Below are positions 1 through 6,263 of a stretch of DNA of 7,019 nucleotides, in pieces. The translations under genes and the position numbers were made by a program. A model generated the notes under the pieces. It had not been told where the DNA came from. It searched no databases and was given only the letters and a program-made list of their open reading frames with translations. This DNA comes from Octopus sinensis (lineage: Eukaryota), in contig NW_021829097.1 in NCBI RefSeq assembly GCF_006345805.1, positions 1-7,019 of the forward strand, written 5' to 3'. Position 1 is the stretch's first letter, and the number at the start of each line of letters is the position of its first letter.

Positions 1-201
1 GAAACAGTAGCCAAGTTTTTGTCATTCAGACCCTCAGATCAGTTTCTGTTATAAGAACACATTAATCAACGTATTTTATCGTCCTCGACACGTACACAAA
101 AATACTGAATTGTCACGGATGGAACGTCTTTAATAAATGTCCATATTTCATTCGCTTATTAATTACTGGTTGCACATATTCTATCAGTGTGTGTTAATGT
201 T

Positions 202-404
202 AGCTGGCAGAGTCGTTAGTACACTGGATGAAATGCTTTGCAGAATTTCGTCCGTCTTTCAGTTCAAATTCCGCCGAGGTCGATTTTGCCTTTCATCATT
301 TCGAGGTCGATAAAATAAGTACCACTTGAGTACAGAGGTCAATGTACTCGACTTACGCCTCACTCGATGTTGCTGGCCTTGGCCCAAAATTTGAAAGCAA
401 TATT
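202..404 (+). mobile_element. tRNA-derived SINE, family A, near full-length copy
   Basis: Head AGCTGGCAGAGTCGTTAG, B-box-like AGTTCAAATTCC (261-272), core CCGCCGAGGTCGATTTTGCCTTTCATC...GGTCGATAAAATAAGTACCA, 3' end GGCCTTGGCCCAAAATTTGAAAGCAATATT. The same blocks recur at 555-715, 856-1045, 3727-3925 and 3942-4168. The core resembles the Deu/Nin SINE domain as I recall it. Confidence 0.88.
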
Positions 405-554
405 ATATACTGTATTTATATCATATTCGCATATTCTTTAGAATATGTTTATTGTATTCCTTTTGTAAGGTAATCAGGAGAGAACACAATGTTCATAATA
501 CCTACAGACGCATTTTTTTTCTTTATTTTTATCACATTCATCACTGCTCGTAAA

Positions 555-715
555 CATTTGCTTCAAATTTTGGCATAAGGCCAACAATTTTGGGTGAGGG
601 CTAACTCGATTACATTTTTCAACCCCGAAGGACGAAAGGCAAAGTTGACGTCGGCGGAATTTGAACTCAGAACAAAAAGACTGATGAAATGTTAACGATG
701 CTGCCAGCTCGCCGC
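555..715 (-). mobile_element. tRNA-derived SINE, family A, internally deleted copy in reverse orientation
   Basis: Reverse complement reads GCGGCGAGCTGGCAGCATCGTTAAC...GTTCTGAGTTCAAATTCCGCCGACGTCAACTTTGCCTTTCGTC...GGCCTTATGCCAAAATTTGAAGCAAATG. 631-667 matches 261-297 at 33/37 nt in inverted orientation. Confidence 0.88.
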
Positions 716-855
716 TCACAGTTTGTAAATGTTGGTACCAACAAGTAAGTGTTACAAATAACGAAGTGACATTATGAACGATCAAATTAAAAATTTGAAC
801 GCATAATCTCCGAGACTAGCTTATCTTCCTTTATTATTTCATACCATTTAGTTAT

Positions 856-1045
856 CTGCATGAATCGTTTGCAGGTCCTACAAAATGCATAGCAGTATTG
901 CTTCTGCTCTTTACGTTCTGAGTTCAAATCCCGCCGAGGTCAGCTTTGCCTTTGCTCCCTTTGCAGTCGATAAAATAAAGTACCACTCACATACTTTGGT
1001 CGGTGTAGTTGATTTGGCCTCTCCCCTTCAAAATTACTGGTCTTG
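856..1045 (+). mobile_element. tRNA-derived SINE, family A, diverged copy
   Basis: GAATCGTTTGCA head remnant, TTACGTTCTGAGTTCAAATCCCGCCGAGGTCAGCTTTGCCTTT core, GTCGATAAAATAAAGTACCA block, 3' CAAAATTACTGGTCTTG. Confidence 0.85.
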
Positions 1046-1051
1046 AAACCT

Positions 1052-1125
1052 GGAACGGACCGGCATCCTGTTCAGAGGAAATGCTAATGTTATGATCTCG
1101 GTCGCTTATACGCCATGGTAACCGA
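1052..1125 (+). mobile_element. Fragment of SINE family C internal domain
   Basis: 1057-1086 GGACCGGCATCCTGTTCAGAGGAAATGCTA matches 2527-2556 GGACTTGCATTCCGTTCAGAGGGAATGTTA at 24/30 nt. The right boundary is approximate. Confidence 0.55.
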
Positions 1126-1140
1126 ATAACAAGCATTTAA

Positions 1141-1380
1141 GTCCGAGGGTTCGGCAACAAAAGATGTTATCTGCACACAAGTGCGGTTAAATTAGATCAG
1201 TTGCTTGACCTTTCGGAGATTAGAGGTATCTATGATCGAATGATCGTTTCTATTGATTTCTGCGGTGGAGGAAACATTCGATTATATTGATCTCAATGTA
1301 ATTGAGCGAGCAAGAGAGGAAAACAAAGGATGTCTGTCTGGTTTCTGATAAGAATATTTTGACTAAGCTCTGTTTTTCGT
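1141..1380 (+). pseudogene. Degenerate non-LTR retrotransposon (LINE) reverse-transcriptase fragment
   Basis: One frame reads GFGNKRCYLHTSAVKLDQLLDLSEIRGIYDRMIVSIDF (1147-1260). Skipping 7 nt (1261-1267), the next frame reads EETFDYIDLNVIERA from 1268. Joined: MIVSIDF-EETFDYID, versus the non-LTR RT motif IDFEKAFDS[IV]D (human L1 ORF2 MIISIDAEKAFDKI). The upstream GF..R motif is at near-canonical spacing (38 vs about 36 aa). Confidence 0.55.
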
Positions 1381-1620
1381 GAAGATACCGCTCAATATTT
1401 ATAGTTTACCTTCGTATCAAGGTTCATCAAATCACGGGAAAATAATTAAGAAAGGGCAATTTATATGGAGTGGCTTCAATGTTAAGAAATGGAACGTATA
1501 ATTTCCGGTAACTCAGACCGCCTCTTACAAAGGCATTTATCCAGAGGATGGCGTGGGAGATGGGCAGGAACAAACACTCTGAATCACGGGGGCTGCACTT
1601 ACGGATAACCATCTCCACCC

Positions 1621-1728
1621 CGATGGCGGTGAGCAGGATATATTATGGGGACTGAGAACGCCGGAGGAGTTCTCCACTGTCACAGGCTCAACCATAATCC
1701 TGTCAGAGAGCGACCGATACCTTGAAAG
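1621..1728 (+). pseudogene. Possible degenerate RTE-type LINE C-terminal segment
   Basis: Translation RWR*AGYIMGTENAGGVLHCHRLNHNPVRERPIP*K resembles the RTE-type RWRW[AI]GH...RGRPxxxW pattern if both TGA codons derive from TGG. The similarity is weak. Confidence 0.25.
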
Positions 1729-1801
1729 TTTCCTTTTCATAGCCTAGTGAGCAGCAGAGCCTGGGCTGATAGCTGAACACACCAAGATTATTGATATTTT
1801 G

Positions 1802-1835
1802 TTTTATTGATCGCGGAAGGATGCAAAGCAAAGAC
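1802..1835 (-). mobile_element. Short family A SINE core fragment
   Basis: TTTTATTGATCGCGGAAGGATGCAAAGCAAAGAC resembles the antisense core at 615-648 (CAACCCCGAAGGACGAAAGGCAAAG). Confidence 0.45.
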
Positions 1836-2186
1836 AAATGTTTACACAACGCAATACGACTGCTATTACACAATACTCAACGCTCTCAATCAACGGCTCA
1901 CATTGAACTGCTCGCCACTCCATTGCTCACAGTTCTTTATTCTATAGCAACGTGTCAGTCCACTTTTAATCACATGGGGATGGTCGGAATCCTTCCACAA
2001 AACAACCTCAGAAGGATTCTAACACATCGTAAATACTGCAAGGTGACGCTTCACCATCGAGATATAGAAAATTACACGTTACACTTTTAAATAAGGCAAG
2101 GATACATTAGATAATGTAATCTTTCATATTCATAAACAGACAGGATGGTCACGGCCAAAATGTCTTTGAACATATATTTACCCCAT

Positions 2187-2374
2187 CGTAGGTGCAGCTG
2201 TGTGGTTAAGAAGCTCACTTTGAAACCACTTCATTTCGAGTTCAGTTCTACTTCGCGGCATTTTAGACAGGTGTTTTCTACTTCAGTCCCAGGCAGGCTA
2301 ATGTCTTGTGAGTGAATTTGATAGACGGAAATTGTGTGGAAGCTTATCCTCGTATAAGTGTATATGTGTGTTTT
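2187..2374 (+). mobile_element. tRNA-derived SINE, family B, 5' half of an old interrupted copy
   Basis: CGTAGGTGCAGCTGTGTGGTTAAGAAGC...GAGTTCAGTTCTAC...CTTGTGAGTGAATTTGATAGACGGAAATTG aligns colinearly with the reverse complement of about 5320-5484. Confidence 0.8.
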
Positions 2375-2668
2375 GAAGGTGTGTTCTGTATTGGTTAAGG
2401 TGTTATACTCACGATCGCGAGCTCGTAGGTTCGACTCCCAGATTGGCTGTGCATTGTTTTCTTAAGCAAAACACTTCATTTCACGTTGCTCCAGTCTGTC
2501 CAGCTGTGAATAGGTAACTCTGCGATGGACTTGCATTCCGTTCAGAGGGAATGTTAGCCTACCCGCCCAGGCAGTGGTATGGTACCATTCGTAAACTAAA
2601 ACAGTGCGAAGCGTATTGTGTCCAGCGGTGTATAACAGCAACCGGTAGTTTGATCGATACCGTAATGG
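2375..2668 (+). mobile_element. tRNA-derived SINE, family C, nested in a family B copy
   Basis: A-box-like TTGGTTAAGG, B box GGTTCGACTCC (2428-2438), CORE-like CTTAAGCAAAACACTTCATTTCACGTTGCTCCAG, and CTGCGATGGACTTGCATTCCGTTCAGAGG (V/Meta-domain-like from memory). It lies between the two halves of a family B copy. Boundaries are approximate. Confidence 0.75.
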
Positions 2669-2790
2669 ATATATACATATGTATGTATAGTGTGTGTGTA
2701 TACATGTAAATATATACATACGTATGTATAGTGTGTGTATCCGTGTGTGTGTGTGTCTGTGTGTCTGTGCATATGCGCGTTTGTGTATGT
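2669..2790. repeat. Compound TA/TG microsatellite with a 41-bp-period duplication
   Basis: ATATATACATA[T/C]GTATGTATAGTGTGTGT starts at both 2669 and 2710 with one mismatch, followed by (GT)n and GTCT runs. Confidence 0.9.
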
Positions 2791-2987
2791 CTTTACATAC
2801 ACACCACCGTTTGACAAATGATATTGGTTTCTTTACGTCCCTATAACTTAGTAGTTCGGCAAAAACTGACCGATAGAACAAGTGGCAGACTTGCAAAATA
2901 ATTACTGGGTTCGATTTGCTTTACTAAACTGCCGAAGGTAATGTCCCAGCATGGTCGCAGTCCAGTAAATGAAACAAGTAAAAGATA
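2669..2987 (+). mobile_element. tRNA-derived SINE, family B, microsatellite and 3' half of the interrupted copy
   Basis: TA/TG microsatellite, then TTTACGTCCCTATAACTTAGTAGTTCGGCAAAAACTGACCGATAGAAC...CCAGCATGGTCGCAGTC...GAAACAAGTAAAAGATA, colinear with the reverse complement of 5078-5260. Confidence 0.85.
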
Positions 2988-3400
2988 CCGGATTAAAGGA
3001 AAACGAGTCGGGGCCGGTCTACCACCCTTTATCTCCCTTTAACACGTTCTTCTAGTTAGAAAAAGGAAGGTAAAAAGGACGTGTAAAACTAGTAATAAGG
3101 TAAATCATGTTTTTAAAACAATAAAAAAAGCAACGATTTCTTTAACTATTTTCTGAAATATTGAATTGTAAAAAGCACCACGATAAATGTTAATACTAAT
3201 TCAATTAAAACATACATCCATCATGTTTACAGTAATGACATTTGGGTGGAGCTATCAAATTTAAGCAACAGCGAATTGCATATCTCTGTAAACTACTAAA
3301 AACCATAAAATATTACCAACTTGTCTGATAGTATTTTACAGCAATATTCCGATTATTCACTGAAAAGAGAAAGTGAAAAACAAACATATATTTAAAAGAA

Positions 3401-3438
3401 GTGGTGGCGATGGCGGCAGTGGTGGTGGTGGTGGTAGT
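3401..3438. repeat. Imperfect (GGT)n trinucleotide microsatellite
   Basis: GTGGTGGCGATGGCGGCAGT followed by a perfect (GGT)5 at 3421-3435. Confidence 0.9.
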
Positions 3439-3726
3439 TAGTTGACGCATAGTAGTACAATATTCAAGTCAACACATGTCTTAATTACTGATCATTCATT
3501 ACAGCTATTAACATTTCAACTATTTATGCTGTAGCGATGAAATTAAAATATAATTAAAAACAGACAGGTTACTAAGGTATTAAATAATGTAAGATGACGA
3601 TATTGTTTGAGAAATGATTCTCATAGCTGTCATGTTGGGGAGATTTAGTTGTAAAGTTCGTTCAAAAGTATAGCTTGTCTTATTTGTTTGGCCATTTTGG
3701 TGTGGTTTAATCGATATGGAGTTTAG

Positions 3727-3925
3727 TAAGGCGTGCTGGGTTGGTAGAAACATTTGAGTGTTTGAAAAGCCCTTGTATTATTTAGTTTTGGTTGCCGAGA
3801 TCGACTTTGCCTTTCTTCCTTCCGGGCTCGATTAAATAAGTACCAGTGGAGCACTGGAGTTAATGTGTTTGACTAGGCCCTCCCGCAAAAGTTCAAGCCT
3901 TGTGTCTACAGTACAAAGAATTATT
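3727..3925 (+). mobile_element. tRNA-derived SINE, family A, copy with decayed head
   Basis: TAAGGCG...TTGGTAGAAACATT head remnant, core GCCGAGATCGACTTTGCCTTTCTTCCTTCCGGGCTCGATTAAATAAGTACCAGT, 3' end GCCTTGTGTCTACAGTACAAAGAATTATT. Confidence 0.85.
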
Positions 3926-3941
3926 TTCGATTCGATCTTAC

Positions 3942-4168
3942 AGGGCCACGAGTTAGCAGAACGGTCAAAGCATAGGACAATAAGCTTTCCGTTGGATCAT
4001 CGAACTCATTTCGTTCAGAGCTCAAATTTCGCCAAGGTCTACTTTTTTCTATCCTCACGGGATTGGTCGATAAAAAAAAACACCTCTCTAGCACCGGGAT
4101 CAATGTAGTCAAATAACCAACTTTCTTAAAAGCTGTTGGCCTTGTACCAACATTCGAAACCAATATTT
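3942..4168 (+). mobile_element. tRNA-derived SINE, family A, diverged full-length copy
   Basis: CGAGTTAGCAGAACGGTC head, GTTCAGAGCTCAAATTTCGCCAAGGTC core, GGTCGATAAAA block, 3' GGCCTTGTACCAACATTCGAAACCAATATT. Confidence 0.8.
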
Positions 4169-4218
4169 TATTATGATTCTCTATATTCTTAGTCCAAATT
4201 CCGATAACTATATTTTCA

Positions 4219-4335
4219 ATCCTTCCTTCCAAGGACCAATAAAATAAATGCTCGTCAAATACCGAGATTCCTTTAGTCGACTATTTTCTCCTCGCCTCGA
4301 CACCTAATAACCTTCACCGCCGAGGATCAATGTAA
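4219..4335 (+). mobile_element. Family A SINE fragments, highly degenerate
   Basis: ATCCTTCC...GGACCAATAAAATAAATG...TAGTCGACT follows the family A 3' domain order. CCGCCGAGG (4317-4325) is fused to ATCAATGTA, which also occurs near 4099. Confidence 0.45.
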
Positions 4336-4479
4336 AAAAAAAATAGCTGATGTGTCCTAATTGTAGTTGTTTAACTGAATTGTATATGGATATGGGGGTG
4401 ACGTAGTATCAAGTTGCTAAATAATCTTGCAGCCAGTCTAGTACATTTCTTAACCTTTTGAACCCGCCAGGCCAGAAAA

Positions 4480-4755
4480 CTACACCACTATCTCAAATAT
4501 TACCTCACTATGTTTCTTATCTGCTGCCACCTGGCCTTTCTCAACCTTTCCCAACACAGTTCTTCAAGCCAATTTCTTCTTCCGGTCAATTCAGCACCCC
4601 ATGACCATTTAACTCAGGCATGTTTCTTTCTCTCCATCCATTTTTCTGTATAAGAGTGTAGGCTCGAAACATTAAAGATTTCTATTTTCCTGAGTATCAA
4701 CCTAATACACTTTGTCTGCTGTTCTTTCCCCTCGTCTTTGCGTTTTCAGTATGTT
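4480..4755 (+). mobile_element. Probable Penelope-like retroelement 3'/terminal-repeat remnant
   Basis: Pyrimidine-rich stretch leading to GAGTGTAGGCTCGAAAC, which matches the hammerhead-type signature of Penelope-like terminal repeats (CTGANGA-A-stem-GAAAC). The downstream CTAATACA...GTCTT resembles an octopus Penelope-like repeat I recall. Boundaries are approximate. Confidence 0.5.
4641..4678 (+). ncRNA. Decayed minimal type I hammerhead ribozyme motif, probably inactive
   Basis: TTTTT-CTGTATA-A-GAGT-GTAG-GCTC-GAAAC-ATT-AAAGA. Stem II GAGU/GCUC closes a GUAG loop, the GAAAC core is intact, and stem I pairs the U-run with AAAGA. CTGTATA deviates from CUGANGA at two conserved positions, and GAAACAT replaces GAAACGT. 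Confidence 0.45.
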
Positions 4756-4871
4756 TGGATCATATATTCATATATTTATTTATTTTACGATACAAATAAG
4801 ATTATATTTTTTCGAACGCAGAGTTGTTGTTAGAACAGCAGAAATACAGGGAAAATTACCCTTACAAGGCG

Positions 4872-4971
4872 AAAAATTTGTCAACAAGCTGCCATGAGAT
4901 TCGAACCCGTATCGCTCAAAGACTATAGCCGAGTGCTTTATCATTAAGCTAAACTGTCCGCTGACAAATTT
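4872..4971 (-). ncRNA. tRNA-like Pol III unit (A box, B box, terminal stem, T5 terminator); tRNA pseudogene, SINE head or unknown ncRNA
   Basis: Minus strand: AAATTTGTCAGC-GGACAGTT-TAGCTTAATGA(A box, 4951-4941)-TAAAGCACTCGGCTATAGTCTTTGAGCGATACG-GGTTCGAATCT(B box, 4907-4897)-CATGGCAGCTT-GTTGACAAATTT-TT. D stem GCTT/AAGC; anticodon-like stem CTCGG/TTGAG with a 9-nt loop; acceptor and T stems are mismatched, so it is not a canonical tRNA. Confidence 0.6.
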
Positions 4972-5077
4972 ACCATCGAATTAGACGCTAAATACTTTAA
5001 CTTTATTGAACAACCTGGTGTGTATAAATGTAAAAACAATATTTGCACTTTTATTAGAAGCGTCGAAAATTCATTTA

Positions 5078-5488
5078 CTCTTTTACTTGTTTCAGTCATT
5101 TGACTGTGGCCATGCTGGAGCACCGCCTTTAGTCGAGCAAATCAACCCCAGGACTTATTATTTGGAAGCCTAGTACTTATTCTATCGGTCACTTTTGCCT
5201 AACCGCTAAGTTACGGGGACGTAAACACACGAGCATCGGTTGTCAAGCGATGTTGGTGGGACAAACGCAGACACACAAACATATACACACACACACATAC
5301 ATACATATATACATATATACAACGGGATTCTTTCAATTTCCGTCTACCAAATCCACTCACAAGGCTTTGGTCGGCCCGAGGCTATAGTAGAAGACACTTG
5401 CCCAAGGTGCCACGCAGTGGGACTGAACCCGGAACCATGTGGTTCGTAAGCAAGGTACTTACCACACAGTCACTCCTACGCCTATGTT
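5078..5488 (-). mobile_element. tRNA-derived SINE, family B, full-length and apparently the youngest copy
   Basis: Minus strand: TAGGCGTAGGAGTGACTGTGTGG (A-box-like, 5472-5462), GGTTCAGTCCC (B box, 5429-5419), central CA/TA microsatellite, tail GAAACAAGTAAAAGAG. Flanked by TTCATTTA at 5070-5077 and 5489-5496, a candidate target-site duplication. Many CpGs are retained. Confidence 0.92.
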
Positions 5489-5496
5489 TTCATTTA

Positions 5497-5822
5497 TCTT
5501 TTATCTTTTACTTCTTTCAGACACTTGATTGCGGCTATGCTGGAGCACCATCTTGCAGGGTTTTTTTCGGTCGAACACATCGACCCTAGGATATATTTTT
5601 TAAAGCCTAGTATTTATTCTATTGGGCTCTTTTGCAGAAACGCTAAGTTACGGAACATAAACACACCAACACCGACTGTAAAGCTGTAGTTGGGGAGAAA
5701 CACAAATACAAAATCACACACAAACAAACATACATATATATACAAATACATACAGACACACACACGACAGGCTTCTTTCAGTTTCCGTCTACCAAATTCA
5801 TACACACTCACACAATCTTGGT
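5497..5822 (-). mobile_element. tRNA-derived SINE, family B, older 5'-truncated copy
   Basis: Colinear direct repeat of about 5078-5372 (ATGCTGGAGCACC, AAGCCTAGTA, CGCTAAGTTACGG, TTCTTTCAGTTTCCGTCTACCAAAT), lacking the tRNA head. Tail is (TAAAAGA)2. Confidence 0.88.
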
Positions 5823-6151
5823 TCATACACCACTTCTTTAAATATCGGTCATCTCCGAGGCGATCCACTTGTTTTTAGAACCGTTCATCGTGACTCCATC
5901 CTCTCTCAGCAACTGCTTCTATGCTTTCCTTATTAAAAATAAAATATTCACGTTTCCTCGGTTCTACTGTCAGTCACTTTCAAAAATTCATAGTTGATTC
6001 GCACCTTAAAATTAGTCCCACACTGAAGATTGCTTTAGATGAAGGATGGACTGGGGAAATGGAAATGAACGCTGTGTTTTTATAATTCAATTTGGATTTC
6101 AGTTGTTAAATATTGACGAGTCAAATTCTTTCCTTCTTTACTAACAGTAAT

Positions 6152-6263
6152 AGTTGGCAAAATCGTTAGAATACCGGACAAAAATTATCCTGCATTCTTG
6201 TATGTTGTAAGTTCAAATCCTAGCAAAGCCAACTACAATCACATCCTTCCAAAAATGGACAAA
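6152..6263 (+). mobile_element. Family A SINE, degenerate 5' part, probably continuing after the Helitron (6663-6700)
   Basis: GTTGGCAAAATCGTTAGAATACCGGACAAAA head, AAGTTCAAATCC B box, CATCCTTCC core remnant. Confidence 0.65.

Noticed and set aside
112-131. GTCACGG...GTCTTT similarity to 2148-2167 (15/20 nt), possibly ends of another repeat family
   Set aside because: Too short, and flanks do not align convincingly by eye.
580-744. Cryptic 165-nt exon in the antisense SINE (AG at 578-579 after a 70-nt AG-free zone; GTAAGT donor at 745)
   Set aside because: The pyrimidine tract is far from the AG, all three frames contain stops, and there is no transcript evidence.
474-785. 103-aa minus-strand ORF
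   Set aside because: Runs through a family A SINE copy, has no recognisable domain, and appears to be a chance open frame.
1427-1740. Two overlapping minus-strand ORFs (63 and 67 aa)
   Set aside because: No recognisable motif; the only protein-like signals in this region are on the plus strand and are disrupted.
1987-2019. Perfect 9-bp inverted repeat GAATCCTTC/GAAGGATTC with a 15-nt loop
   Set aside because: Rough expectation for a 9-bp inverted repeat with a spacer of 20 nt or less in 7 kb is about 0.5, so it is compatible with chance.
1791-2090. 99-aa plus-strand ORF
   Set aside because: Non-ATG start, overlaps a SINE fragment, and shows no family resemblance.
2462-2896. 144-aa and 73-aa His/Thr/Tyr/Ile-rich minus-strand ORFs
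   Set aside because: Translation artefacts of the CA/TA microsatellite inside SINEs.
3863-4232. 81-aa plus and 103-aa minus ORFs
   Set aside because: Lie almost entirely within family A SINE copies.
4712-4897. 61-aa plus-strand ORF
   Set aside because: Non-ATG start, AT-rich low-complexity content, and it overlaps repeat remnants.
4886-4959. Functional tRNA gene
   Set aside because: Acceptor and T stems are mismatched, the D-loop GG is replaced by GA, and the 9-nt anticodon loop gives no assignable anticodon.
5240-5878. Four ORFs of 62-84 aa
   Set aside because: All fall mostly within family B SINEs and their microsatellites.
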